Assembly (NCBI GenBank): GCA_035559995.1
Contig: DATMAM010000009.1
Location: 3,855 to 67,854 of the forward strand
Length of the DNA stretch: 64,000 bases
Direction of reading: 5' to 3'
From: Candidatus Acidiferrales bacterium
GTDB lineage: Bacteria > Desulfobacterota > Binatia > UBA9968
The position numbers and the translations under genes are program-made. Under the pieces are notes generated by a model, which was not told the DNA's origin, ran no database searches, and was given only the letters and a program-made list of their open reading frames with translations. Within the stretch, counting starts at the first letter, position 1. Every line of letters starts with the position of its first letter. This document shows, piece by piece, positions 35,164-45,130 of the stretch.

Positions 35164-38100
35164 CACGGCATCTCCCGCAGCGCGATGAGATCGGCGATCT
35201 CGGCGCGCGATTTGCGGCTCGCGCGGCGCTCCTGATTCGGGCCGCACACGACCAGAAAGTCGCAAATCGCGCAGGCCTTCTCGGCGGGCGCGGGCGGCAG
35301 CACGCCCAGCTCCACCGCGCGATCGATGATCTCCAGAGCCTCCATCCCGACGCGGCGCGTCAGCTCATTGATGGGAACGCTGTGCTCGGTAAAGCCGCCG
35401 GCGGTCGTCGAGTACGAGATGCGGGCGCTTTCCACGGTACAACCGGTCGCGGCTTCGAGCGCCAGGCTGTAAATCACCGGCTGGAGCTGTTTCCCGCCGT
35501 CGATCACCGAGCCCCGCTGCGAGCGGTTTCTCGAGGTCTTGTGATCGGTAACCCTCGCGATGTTCGTGCCGGGCCTTCGCTCGACGAGATCGATCGCGCC
35601 GCGAAGAATAAAGCGCCCGCCGATCTTGACCGGTTCGCGGCGGCTGTTGGGGTCGAGCCCCGGCGAGTCGCGCAGTCCAAAGCCAAACTCGAACAACCAC
35701 GGCTCCCATTCCGCGCTGCCGGCGAGCTCCCGCGCCCAGATGTGAAGATCCGTGCGCATGGCGGCGATCTCATCCTGCCACACGCGCTCCACCGCCGGCG
35801 CGAGCCGCTCGGCGTATTCTGCGGCGACGCGAGTGAGCGTGCCGTCGAGGGTTTCGAGGAGTTCTTCCGGCGGCGCCTTCGCAACCGGGATTTGCCGCTG
35901 CTGGAGCGCGCGGAAGAATTCCGCCAGCACCTCATGAAACAGGCTTCCCTTGGTGAGCGGATCCATGCGCTCAAGCGGCTCGGGCTCCTCGAGCGGCGCG
36001 AGGTGGTACAGCGCCGAGAGGAGAAATCGATAGGGGCAGTAGGCGAACTGCTGCAGCGCCGAGACCGAGTACGGGCGCGCGGTGAGGCGCTGCGACTCGA
36101 GAAAAGGCCGGGTCGCTTCGGTCACGCGCACAAGCCCGTCGTACGGCGACCAGCGCTGGCGCGCGCGCGCCCAGCGCTCGTTCGCCGAGCGCCTCAGGCA
36201 CTCGTTCAGCCGCAGCATGTAGTGGGCGCGCCCTTTTACGTCCCCTTCACTGCGCATCAGGACGCGGAGCACGGAAAGGTCGTGCTCGAAATCGTCGATG
36301 GCGTCTTCGGGAAGCGGCGGCGCCGGCCACGCGAGGCTCGCATGGGCTTCTTCCGCAGCTTCCAACTCAAGCAGCTGATGATCGGGCAGCCGGCCGGTCA
36401 CCGCGCGCATCACCTCGAGCGCGTAGAACGACGGGACTCGGGCGCGGGCTTCCGCCGTCTCGATCCGCGGAAAAGAACCGTACAATCGCTCGGTCGCCGC
36501 CCCGGCCGCAAGCCGCAGCCAAAGCCTTTCGCGCTCGGCGCGATCGAGTTGCAGCGCCAAGCCTTCGCCCAGCTCGCGCCTGAGATCGTCCAAAAGAAGC
36601 GGATCCTCACGCACCTTCTGGGGAAAGAGCCGCTCGGCCAGTCCCGGCGCAAAGACGACGCGAAACGCGCGACCGCGGAGCTGTTCGGCGCCGCAGACGA
36701 ATACCCGCCCGTAGCGCTGCTGGGGCGGCTCCAGCTCCACGGTGGTCAGGCGATCGGCAAGCACGTCGCGCACTTCCGCGAGAGTCACCGGGCCGACGGC
36801 CGCCATCGGACGAAGATCGGCAAGAACCCGCAGCACGAACTCGGGACGCCTGAGAACCTTCGGCGCAAACTCCTCCAGCTTCGGCAGCCACTCGCCCCAC
36901 GTCGCTTGTTTCGGCCAGGCCGACATCTCTTCGACGATGGGCAGCGCGAACGCGCGCAGATGCTGAAGGTTTTGCCGCTCGCGCTCCAGGTACCTTATGC
37001 GCGGCGAGCCGGGCTCCTCGGAAGTGAGCTCGCGCATCTTGAGCTCGTATTCCGCCGCGAGCCCGTCGAGCCGCCGCGCCCAGCGATCGCTGCCGCCGAT
37101 CACGGAAGATTCGACGAGGAGGCTTTCCCATTTCCACGGCGCGCGCAGGCTTCCCGCAACGACCGCCTGATCGGCGCTCACGTTCTCCCCCGCTTCCCGC
37201 TCGTCGCCGCTGCTGCTGGCCAAATCTTCCGCCGTGGCTTCCGAGAGAACGCCGAACACGTCGTCTGGCGAGGCCACCCAGGCGGAATCCGCGCGCGGCT
37301 TGCCGGAAGGATCCAGCGACGGCACCTGGGCAAGCGAGAGGTACTCGGCAAAGCGCTTCGCCGAGAAATTCTCCGTGGCGCAGCTCAGCATCGCAAGAAA
37401 CGCCCGGCCGGCGGGATCGGGACGGCACGTGCCGCGATCGAAATAGGCGGGAATGCGGGCCCGAGAAAGGGCATGCTCCAGAAGCCCGACGTAATCGCGC
37501 GTGGCGCGGAGAACGATCGCCATCTCGTCGAAGCGAACGCCGCGATCGGCCTCCTTGAGGATCCGCCGCGCGATCTCCACGCATTCGCGGCCTTCTCCCG
37601 GCGCCGAAAACCAAACGAGCTCCCCGGTGCGCGACCTCTCGGGCGGCGGCTCCTTGGAAAAGAGATAACGCGCAAGCTGCGTGAGATCGCTTTGCCCGGA
37701 AGCCTCGAGGCTCTGGAGACGCACGCCGCGCTTCTCCAATCGGCTTGCGGCCGCCAGGTCCCCGGCCGGGACGGTGATCAGCACCTCGGGCGATTGCTGA
37801 ACGAGCGCCCAGAGAAAACGCGCCTCGAACTCGGAATCGAAGGGAACATCGAGCAGCAAAAGCGGCATCGGGGGCCAGCCGCTCAGAGGGGAGCTTAGCG
37901 CCGCGGTTGCGATCTCAAACAGCGAGGCGCGATCGCTCGCGCCGGCCTCGTCGAGGAGCGCATCGACGCGCTCCAGCAAGGCGCCAAGGTCAGGCCCGCT
38001 GCGCGTCAGACGCGTGAGATCGCCGCCGGCGATGCCCGCAAGCCGCAAATCCAGCAATGTGCGCGCCAGCGCCTTTGGAAAACCCGGCGTATCCGAGACG

Positions 38101-38438
38101 GCGGAAAAATAGCCGAGCGCATGATCGCTCCGCGCCTCGAACGCCGCGCGCGCCGCAACCGCCTCATGGCCCAGGGTCGTCGCGGGAGCGCAGCCGCGGG
38201 CCGCAAGCTCGAGGAGCGCAAGGCGCGCGGCAAGCTGCGTAAAAGAGAGCCGGTGGAGTCCAAACGTCGCCCCTCTCTCCATCGAGATCGCACGCGCGAG
38301 ATCGTCGACCGAACCGCGCGAAGCGCCGAGGAGAAGCGCTTCCGCGCCGGGCGCGAGCCGCTCGAGAAACCTGCGCGCCTCGCCGAGCCGCGCCGCCGCC
38401 GATCCGGACTGAACCGCCCTGATATTTCGCTCGGGCAT
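35163..38438 (-). CDS. addB: ATP-dependent helicase/nuclease subunit B (inactivated-helicase scaffold plus C-terminal Fe-S PD-(D/E)xK nuclease)
   Basis: C-terminal nuclease with Cys cluster (EKACAICDFLVVCGP). Size and order relative to addA are typical of AddAB. Start ATG 38438 chosen (MPERNIRAVQ); the track N-extension is Arg-rich. Confidence 0.7.
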   Translation of the reverse strand: MPERNIRAVQSGSAAARLGEARRFLERLAPGAEALLLGASRGSVDDLARAISMERGATFGLHRLSFTQLAARLALLELAARGCAPATTLGHEAVAARAAFEARSDHALGYFSAVSDTPGFPKALARTLLDLRLAGIAGGDLTRLTRSGPDLGALLERVDALLDEAGASDRASLFEIATAALSSPLSGWPPMPLLLLDVPFDSEFEARFLWALVQQSPEVLITVPAGDLAAASRLEKRGVRLQSLEASGQSDLTQLARYLFSKEPPPERSRTGELVWFSAPGEGRECVEIARRILKEADRGVRFDEMAIVLRATRDYVGLLEHALSRARIPAYFDRGTCRPDPAGRAFLAMLSCATENFSAKRFAEYLSLAQVPSLDPSGKPRADSAWVASPDDVFGVLSEATAEDLASSSGDEREAGENVSADQAVVAGSLRAPWKWESLLVESSVIGGSDRWARRLDGLAAEYELKMRELTSEEPGSPRIRYLERERQNLQHLRAFALPIVEEMSAWPKQATWGEWLPKLEEFAPKVLRRPEFVLRVLADLRPMAAVGPVTLAEVRDVLADRLTTVELEPPQQRYGRVFVCGAEQLRGRAFRVVFAPGLAERLFPQKVREDPLLLDDLRRELGEGLALQLDRAERERLWLRLAAGAATERLYGSFPRIETAEARARVPSFYALEVMRAVTGRLPDHQLLELEAAEEAHASLAWPAPPLPEDAIDDFEHDLSVLRVLMRSEGDVKGRAHYMLRLNECLRRSANERWARARQRWSPYDGLVRVTEATRPFLESQRLTARPYSVSALQQFAYCPYRFLLSALYHLAPLEEPEPLERMDPLTKGSLFHEVLAEFFRALQQRQIPVAKAPPEELLETLDGTLTRVAAEYAERLAPAVERVWQDEIAAMRTDLHIWARELAGSAEWEPWLFEFGFGLRDSPGLDPNSRREPVKIGGRFILRGAIDLVERRPGTNIARVTDHKTSRNRSQRGSVIDGGKQLQPVIYSLALEAATGCTVESARISYSTTAGGFTEHSVPINELTRRVGMEALEIIDRAVELGVLPPAPAEKACAICDFLVVCGPNQERRASRKSRAEIADLIALREMP

Positions 38439-38794
38439 CAGCCAAACTCGATATGAAAAAAGCCGCCGCCGGACAAGAAAAAACAATCTAGCACGCCCGC
38501 TCCGATTGTTCACGCCGGGATGATCCGCTTGGCAATAGCCCGCGGCGAGCGCTTGAACGCGCAGTCGAGGTTGGCTGTAAGGACGGCGGCGAAAACAATT
38601 TGCGCGCGGCCGATGGCGCAAATAAAGAAACCAAATCCGCGGGATGGGTCGAGGCGCGCCCCGCGCCGATACCCGTCGCGCCCTCTCTCCGGTGGGTTTC
38701 GCGGGGCTCAACCCACCCTACGCCTTTAAGCTCGACCTAGGTCGTGACTTCGCCTTTTTGTGGAACAGCCGAGCCGGTCCCGGTGCGTTAAGCC

Positions 38795-39553
38795 TCAGAG
38801 ATACTTCGTCGGACGGCGGATGGTGCGCCACATGTGCGCGACCGGGCTATCGTCGAAGCCCAAGCCCTCCTTTGGCTGGCGAAAGTTCCGCCCGACGATG
38901 TCAACGAACGGCTCCCAGCTCACCACCGCGTTAGGATCGAAAGAATAGATGTCGTGGACGGTGATCATGCGCGCCGTCATGTACCATTTGTGATTGCGCG
39001 CGCGCTTGTACGCTTCCTTGATGTACTCGTCGGGCTCGTAGTCCGGTCCAAAATGCTTGATGTACATTTCCGGATACGAGTAGCCGACCGACTCGTCGGG
39101 GAAAAAGCGCAGCGCCTGGTGCGCGCGGACCGCCCAGCTCACCTCCTCGTCCACGTAGGGCTCGATCAGCTGCGCGCCCCAGTAGCCGTGGTCGCTCTTG
39201 ATGAAAATCGCATTGGCGATATCGTGCAGCAGGCACGCGAGGATCGTCTTCTCCGGCATGGACGCCTTCAGCGCGTGCGTTGCGCTCTGCAGCAGATGGT
39301 TGATGCCCTTGGCGCGGTAAGTGAAAAAATCGAGGAGCGTCGGCTTTGCCGGCATCTTCGGGAGCCGCGGATCGTCGTCCATCAGAAAGTATTTTCCGTT
39401 TCGGTTCTTGATCTCGGAACCCGTGTTGGACGGGCCGAGCTTTCCATCCGCCATATTGAACAGCGCCGATTTCGAGATCAGCACGTCGAGCTCGTCGCTC
39501 ATCTTTCGCTCCAGGGCGTCGGCGCGCTCGCTCAGCGACATCTTTTCAGCCAT
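38795..39553 (-). CDS. HD-domain protein (MIOX/PhnZ-like HD phosphohydrolase/oxygenase superfamily)
   Basis: His-Asp motif LLHDIANAIF plus additional His/Asp ligands (RAHQALRF, VHDIYSFD). Confidence 0.55.
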   Translation of the reverse strand: MAEKMSLSERADALERKMSDELDVLISKSALFNMADGKLGPSNTGSEIKNRNGKYFLMDDDPRLPKMPAKPTLLDFFTYRAKGINHLLQSATHALKASMPEKTILACLLHDIANAIFIKSDHGYWGAQLIEPYVDEEVSWAVRAHQALRFFPDESVGYSYPEMYIKHFGPDYEPDEYIKEAYKRARNHKWYMTARMITVHDIYSFDPNAVVSWEPFVDIVGRNFRQPKEGLGFDDSPVAHMWRTIRRPTKYL

Positions 39554-39718
39554 GGCTCAATCCTCCCTTTAAGTTGCCCGCTTATCGGATTAACGCCGAG
39601 TGTACTTTCGCTCGGCTGCCCGCGCAAGACACAAAAGCGGCGGCGAAGGCTTCGGGGAAAGTGGCGGCGGCCCTCCTGCTTTTTCGCCGGATCGTGCCGC
39701 GCGCCGGCAAGAACCCGC

Positions 39719-40999
39719 CTAGACTTGCACGCGCCGTATGACCGGCACCCGAAGCGCAAGATAAATTCCCAGCAGCAACACGGCAGAGCCCATCAGCCCG
39801 GTCGTCGCCGGCGCGCCGATGAAATGGGCGCTGGTCCCGGCGAGCAAAGCGCCGGCGGGCATCAAGCCGCGGTCGAGCATGTAAGTGCTCATGACTCTTC
39901 CCCGCAGTTCATCGGGAACGGTGAGATGCAGCAAGGTATTGACGGTGGCGTTGAACATCACCTGGCAGCTTCCGACGCCGACCAGCAGGAGCAGCGCCAA
40001 ACGAAAAGACTTCGTCTGCGAAAAAACGACGAGAAACAAGCCGAGCAACGTCACGGCGGCGAGCATCAACAGGCCCTGCCGCCTGACCCTGCCGGCGATC
40101 GACGCCAGCGTCAGCAACGCGAGCAAGCCGCCGATTCCGGGCGCCGCCATCAGCATGCCGAGACCTGCGGGCCCCACGCGGAGCACGTCCTTCTGAAACA
40201 CCGGCATCAAGGTCTGGTAAGGCACGGCGAGGAGCCGGGGCACCAGCGCGCTCAGTATCAGGGCCAAAACGAGGCGATTCGTCCAAACGTAGCGCAACCC
40301 CTCTTTCAAGTTCGCCAACATCGACGACTGGCGCGCCCGGGCCGGTGTTCGTGGAACCTCCATTCGGTAGATCAAGCTGAGAACGCCCGCGTAAGCGACG
40401 GCTTGGACGAAGAAGTTCGCCCCGGCGCTGAACAGGGCGATGAAAAAGCCGCCGAACGAGGGCCCGATCACTTTCATCGCGTTGTTGGCGACGGAGTTGA
40501 GCGCGACGGCATTAACCAGGTCTTGCTTGGGAACGACGTTGGGGATCAGGCTCTGGCGCACCGGGTCGGAGAACGACCACGCGACGCCCGTGGCCAGCGT
40601 GAAGACGAACAGATGCCAGGGCGCCACGGATTCCGTCACCGCCAGCCATCCCATGATCAACGCCGTCGCGAACAGGAACTGCTCCGCCAAAAGCAACAAC
40701 TTGCGGCGGTCCACGCGATCGGCAACCACGCCGGCAATGGGTCCGGCGACAAGAAATGGGATCGAGCGCGCGCCGTTCAGCACGCCGAGCAGGATCGAAG
40801 AACCGGTGAGATCGTACATGAGCCAGCCCAGAGTGACCTGCTGGATCCACTGGCCGGCGCCCATGAGCAGCGTCCCGCTCCAGAGGTAAGCGAAATTCCT
40901 GTGTCGCAGCGAAGCGAAGGTGGTAAACCTGAATCGCCGGGTTTCGGACTTGACTTCCTCTCCGAGCTCCGTCGCTGCGGTTTCTTCTTGAAGCGCCAT
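39719..40999 (-). CDS. MFS transporter (EntS/enterobactin-exporter-like family)
   Basis: 12 TM, MFS_1. Start ATG 40999 (MALQEETAATE...). Confidence 0.7.
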   Translation of the reverse strand: MALQEETAATELGEEVKSETRRFRFTTFASLRHRNFAYLWSGTLLMGAGQWIQQVTLGWLMYDLTGSSILLGVLNGARSIPFLVAGPIAGVVADRVDRRKLLLLAEQFLFATALIMGWLAVTESVAPWHLFVFTLATGVAWSFSDPVRQSLIPNVVPKQDLVNAVALNSVANNAMKVIGPSFGGFFIALFSAGANFFVQAVAYAGVLSLIYRMEVPRTPARARQSSMLANLKEGLRYVWTNRLVLALILSALVPRLLAVPYQTLMPVFQKDVLRVGPAGLGMLMAAPGIGGLLALLTLASIAGRVRRQGLLMLAAVTLLGLFLVVFSQTKSFRLALLLLVGVGSCQVMFNATVNTLLHLTVPDELRGRVMSTYMLDRGLMPAGALLAGTSAHFIGAPATTGLMGSAVLLLGIYLALRVPVIRRVQV

Positions 41000-41210
41000 G
41001 TCGTTTATCTCTGGAATCGCCGCAGCATAACACGCGCTGCGCCATTCAGCCACTCAAGCTTACGCGCGCGGCAAGGGGCCGCGCTCGATCATTGGCGCGC
41101 CTCGACTGCGCGCGCGGCCGTGCGCGGGTTGGCGCTGTCCCATTGGCTCGCTTTCGGCGGCGCTTTCTTGCGTTTTCGCCATGGCGAAAACGTGATAAGG
41201 AATTTCTGTT

Positions 41211-42011
41211 GTGGCAGAAAGCCCGAGCATCGCGTTTGCCGGATACGCCCATCTTCCCGGCGTCCGCCTGTGGTACACGGACAGCGGCGGCAGCGGCGTG
41301 CCGCTTGTCCTGCTCCACGCGAACACGGGCAATGCCGACAGCTGGCAGCCCAACATTCCGGGTTTCGTCGAGGCTGGCTATCGCGTCGTCGCCTTCGATC
41401 GTCGAGGTTGGGGCCGCAGCATCGCAAACCCCGAGACCGGCCCTCAACCCGGCACCATCGCGGAAGATCTTCACGCGCTGGCGGACTACCTGAGGCTCGA
41501 CCGGTTCCATTTGGTCGGCGTAGCGGGCGGCGGGTTTGCGGCCTACGATTACGTTCTCTGGCGGCCCGAGCGACTCCGGAGCCTGGTCGTCGCCGCAAGC
41601 GGCGGCGCGATTGTCGACGAGGAGTTGAGGCGGCTCCGTGAGAAAACAGCGCTGCCCGGATTTTCGAGCTGGCCGGCGGAATTCAGGGAAGTGAGCACGG
41701 GCTACATGGCGACCAACCCGCAGGGCCTGCAGCGCTGGCTCGAGATTCACCGCAACTCGCGGCAGAAGGGCGCGCCGGCGCAGCCGCTGCGAAGCACGAT
41801 CACGTTTGCGAAGCTTGAGACGATCCGGGTGCCGACGCTGCTGATGCCCGGCGATCAGGACTTACAGTGCCCGCCATGGGTGATGCGCCGGCAGCTCGCC
41901 CACATTCCCGGAGCCGAGTTCATCGTGCTCCCCGAAGCCGGCCACTCGATCAACTGGGAGCAGCCCGAGGCCTTCAATCGCCATGTCCTCGAGTTCATCG
42001 GCAGGCACTGA
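41211..42011 (+). CDS. Alpha/beta-hydrolase-fold protein with Ser->Ala in the nucleophile elbow (HLVGVAGGG)
   Basis: HGG-like LLHANTG, elbow GVAGG where GxSxG is expected; acid (GDQD) and His (AGHS) retained. GTG start. Confidence 0.65.
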   Translation: MAESPSIAFAGYAHLPGVRLWYTDSGGSGVPLVLLHANTGNADSWQPNIPGFVEAGYRVVAFDRRGWGRSIANPETGPQPGTIAEDLHALADYLRLDRFHLVGVAGGGFAAYDYVLWRPERLRSLVVAASGGAIVDEELRRLREKTALPGFSSWPAEFREVSTGYMATNPQGLQRWLEIHRNSRQKGAPAQPLRSTITFAKLETIRVPTLLMPGDQDLQCPPWVMRRQLAHIPGAEFIVLPEAGHSINWEQPEAFNRHVLEFIGRH

Positions 42012-42128
42012 TCGGTCCGGAGGATTGGCTGAGGACAGAGCTGCGGGAAGTGAAGTACCCGCCCGGCGGTTTGTCGCCATGGGACCGATGCGCGGGCGAC
42101 CGCGAGGCGCTCAAGCGATGAGGTTTCG

Positions 42129-43232
42129 ATGAAAGAGCAGACGAGCTTTTGGAGCAGGACAACGCCGTACGAGGCGTGGATCGAGTCGCTGGGCCTGCCG
42201 GTGTACAAGGGCTATTACATCGAGGATCCGAGAAAGCTTGAGCTGGGATGGTGGGAGGAGCGCAAGTGCTTCGGCGGCTTTCTACAGCTTGCCGGCCAGG
42301 AGGGAGTGACCGGAGCTTATGTCACGGAGATACCTCCGGGCGAGAGCCTGCCGCCGTTTCGGATGGCCTTGGACGAAGTGATTTATGTCCTTGAAGGCCG
42401 CGGCTTGACGACGGTCCGCGCAGGCTCAGCCGAGAGGACCTTCGAATGGGATAAGCGAAGCCTCTTCCGCGTTCCGGGCGGCTGGAGCTACCGGTTGAGA
42501 AACGCTCAGGGAAGCAAGCCCGTGAGGCTCCTCCACTCAAACTACCTCCCGCTTGCCTTGTCTGCTCTCCCCGATCCGGATTTTTTCTTCAAGAACGTCC
42601 CCGCCAGCCGCGGCGGCCTCGAGCGGGACGGCGGCTCCGACGTTTACTCCCACGCCAGCGTCGTTCGCCTTGTGCTTCCCGGAAGCGACGAGCAGCGCAA
42701 CGTCTGGACGGGCAATTTTTTCCCCGACATGAGCGCCTGGGATCGCCTGGATCCGTTTAGGGGAAGAGGCGCGGGCGGGCGCGTCGTCTGGGTCGGCTTT
42801 CCCGGCTCTCCGATCACCGGCCACATGTCGGTCTTTCCCGCGCAAAGCTATAAGAAGGCGCATCGCCATGGACCTGGATACATGATCGTGATCCCCGCCG
42901 GAGAGGGCTACTCGATCATGTGGCCCGAAGGGGGAGAGAAAGTCGTGATTCCGTGGCGCGAGGGAAGCATCTTTGTGCCGCCCAACCGCTGGTTTCACCA
43001 GCACTTCAACGTGAACTCCAAGCCGGCACGCTATCTCGCCATTCATCCGCCGCTGGGCTTTCGCGGCATCAGCGAAAAGATCGAAGACCGCGCGCGCGAT
43101 CAGATCGAATATCCGGACGAGGACCCTTGGATTCGCGCGAAGTTCGAAGAGGAGCTGGCGCAAAGAGGCCTCCGCTCGTTGATGCCCGAAGAGGCTTACC
43201 GCAACCGCGATTTCGAGTGGGCTTACCAATGA
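42129..43232 (+). CDS. Bicupin protein (two cupin barrels; dioxygenase/isomerase-like)
   Basis: Two cupin modules (EIPPGESLPPFRMALDEVIYVLEGRG ... HGPGYMIVIPAGEGYSIMWPEGGE). Confidence 0.6.
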   Translation: MKEQTSFWSRTTPYEAWIESLGLPVYKGYYIEDPRKLELGWWEERKCFGGFLQLAGQEGVTGAYVTEIPPGESLPPFRMALDEVIYVLEGRGLTTVRAGSAERTFEWDKRSLFRVPGGWSYRLRNAQGSKPVRLLHSNYLPLALSALPDPDFFFKNVPASRGGLERDGGSDVYSHASVVRLVLPGSDEQRNVWTGNFFPDMSAWDRLDPFRGRGAGGRVVWVGFPGSPITGHMSVFPAQSYKKAHRHGPGYMIVIPAGEGYSIMWPEGGEKVVIPWREGSIFVPPNRWFHQHFNVNSKPARYLAIHPPLGFRGISEKIEDRARDQIEYPDEDPWIRAKFEEELAQRGLRSLMPEEAYRNRDFEWAYQ

Positions 43233-43629
43233 GCGAATGACGGGCGCAAGGCCGATGAGTTGCGCGGGCTGAGCTGCTCGAACTTCGCCGGTGCTTTGCT
43301 TGGAACTTTCGCCTGCCGACCCCGACACAAACGGGCGAATCCCTTCCGGTTTCACGCCCGCCCCCTGGCCGGCCTCTGCTGCCGCGGAGCGGATGGGTGC
43401 GGCCGACGCCAAGGCGCTGGAGGTATTCCTCGACGAATACCGATGCCGCCGATGGGCCGCTCTCTCCACGCCGGCGCGGAGATCTTCGTGCTCGCCGAGC
43501 CGTGGTGACCGTGTGTGGACCTTGAAAATCCGCGGCGCGGTTTTTTTGCGATCGGCCACGTCGTGTCACTCCATGAGAGACGCATGAGTTGCCCGGACAA
43601 AGTTGACTTATCGTGAGCTACCGGAATAG

Positions 43630-43645
43630 AGTTCCGCTCGGAACT
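43630..43645. promoter_or_regulatory. Perfect 16-bp palindrome AGTTCCGCTCGGAACT about 15 nt upstream of the RBS of the Rieske gene
   Basis: 7-bp arms with a 2-bp centre, read directly; the position suggests a dimeric repressor/activator operator. Confidence 0.4.
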
Positions 43646-43673
43646 AGATTCGTTTCCGCAGGAGGGTTTGCCA

Positions 43674-45014
43674 GTGGCTCAGATGACAAAAGAGATGCAA
43701 GCCGAAGGGATGGCGTTTTCGGCCGAGGAAAACGAGCAGATCACCCGCGTCGGCCCGGGAACCCTCATGGGCGGCTTGTTCCGGCAGTACTGGATTCCCG
43801 TCCTGCCGCAAAGCTTTCTCGACGAGCCCGGCGGCCGGCCCCGGCGGATCCGACTGCTCGGCGAAGACCTCGTGCTTTTTCGCACGCGCCGGGGCGAAGT
43901 CGGACTGGTCGGCGCTTACTGCTCCCATCGGCTCGCGCCGCTGTACTTCGGCCGCATCGAGGACGACGGCATCCGCTGCCCTTACCACGGCTGGAAATAT
44001 TCGCCCGTCGGCAAGTGCCTGGAGATGCCCAACGTGCCGCCCGAGCAGCAGTTTGCCGATCTCATCAACCATCCCGGCTACCCGTGCGTCGAGCACGGCG
44101 GCGTCATCTGGACCTACATGGGACCGTCCCGGGAGCTACCGCCTCTGCCGGAGTTCGAGTTTACCATGGTGCCACCCGAGCAGCGGAGCTTTCGTCCGTT
44201 CCTTCAGGAGTGTAACTACCTGCAAGCGCTGGAAGGCGGCATCGATCCCACGCACGTGATGTGGCTCCATTCGCCTTACGATCTCGCCGATGAGGAGATC
44301 AGCCGCCTGCACCAGCCCGCGCAGCAAATCTTTGCCAGCAAATCCGGCGCGCGCACGCCGCAGGCGATCGAGTTTGTCGATACGCCCGCGGGCTTCATGT
44401 ACGGCGCGCGGCGGCCGATGGGCGACGATAAAACGCTCTGGCGCGTGAATCAGTTTCTGTTGCCTTTCTACACGATGCCGCCCGGCGGCGACATGCGCGA
44501 GGGCAGAATGTGGGTGCCGGTGGACGACGAGAATTGCGTCAAGTGGTATTTCCGCTGGTTTCCGACGCGCGCGATCATGGAAAAGACGAAGGAGAAACCC
44601 AGGTTCTATCCCGAGGAGGAATATGTTCTCGACGACACCAGACCGTACGGGTTCATCCGCCCCAAGGCGTCGAGAGCCAACGACTATCTGATCAACTGGG
44701 AGATCCACAAGACGCGGCGGCTGGGCATCTCCGGCGTCAACCTGCAGGACAAGTGCTGCCAGGAAAACGAAGGTCCGACGCCGATCCTGGACCGAACCAA
44801 AGAAAATCTCTGCTCCGGCGATTTGAGCATCATCAAGGCGCGGCGAATCCTGCTGCGCGCCGCGCGCGAGCTCAGCGAAAGCGGAAAAATTCCGCCGGGC
44901 GTGCGCAATCCGGAGGCCTACCGCCTGCGCGCGGTGTCCATGGTCTTGCCGAACGATGTGAACTGGGTCGAAGGGGTGCGCGAAGAGGTCACGGTCGGCG
45001 CGCGCGCGGCTTAG
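43674..45014 (+). CDS. Rieske [2Fe-2S] non-heme-iron oxygenase alpha subunit (alpha-only type; no beta or reductase genes adjacent)
   Basis: Rieske CSHRLAPL...CPYHGW and mononuclear-iron His motifs (DPTHVMWLH). GTG 43674 is preferred because GGAGGG lies 8 nt upstream. Confidence 0.75.
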   Translation: MAQMTKEMQAEGMAFSAEENEQITRVGPGTLMGGLFRQYWIPVLPQSFLDEPGGRPRRIRLLGEDLVLFRTRRGEVGLVGAYCSHRLAPLYFGRIEDDGIRCPYHGWKYSPVGKCLEMPNVPPEQQFADLINHPGYPCVEHGGVIWTYMGPSRELPPLPEFEFTMVPPEQRSFRPFLQECNYLQALEGGIDPTHVMWLHSPYDLADEEISRLHQPAQQIFASKSGARTPQAIEFVDTPAGFMYGARRPMGDDKTLWRVNQFLLPFYTMPPGGDMREGRMWVPVDDENCVKWYFRWFPTRAIMEKTKEKPRFYPEEEYVLDDTRPYGFIRPKASRANDYLINWEIHKTRRLGISGVNLQDKCCQENEGPTPILDRTKENLCSGDLSIIKARRILLRAARELSESGKIPPGVRNPEAYRLRAVSMVLPNDVNWVEGVREEVTVGARAA

Positions 45015-45079
45015 ATAAGCTTCGCGGGCAAGATGTTAAACCTTCCCTGTAAGGCCTCGCGCGCATCGAAAGAGCGCCG

Positions 45080-45110
45080 CAGTCGCTAAAACGCCAGCGC
45101 GACTGAAAAA
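45080..45110 (-). terminator. Hairpin (CAGTCGC-N10-GCGACTG) between convergent Rieske and coxM-like genes; weak terminator for the minus-strand operon
   Basis: 7-bp stem with U-containing tail on the minus strand (CGGCGCUCUUUCG); A-run on the plus side. Confidence 0.3.
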
Positions 45111-45130
45111 ACGAAAAGCCAGGAAACGAG

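Noticed and set aside
31648-38438. Considered whether the UvrD-helicase/PD-(D/E)xK nuclease pair is a novel defence system
   Set aside because: Architecture, sizes, the Fe-S Cys cluster in the second protein and the ATGA-coupled B-then-A order match canonical AddAB/RexAB recombination-repair enzymes; no associated sensor or effector genes.
33184-41641. Very long plus-strand ORFs (683, 838 and 935 aa) opposite addA, addB, the HD gene and the MFS gene
   Set aside because: Composition (R, G, A, P, H runs) and absence of motifs mark them as GC-driven open frames; they fully overlap well-supported minus-strand genes.
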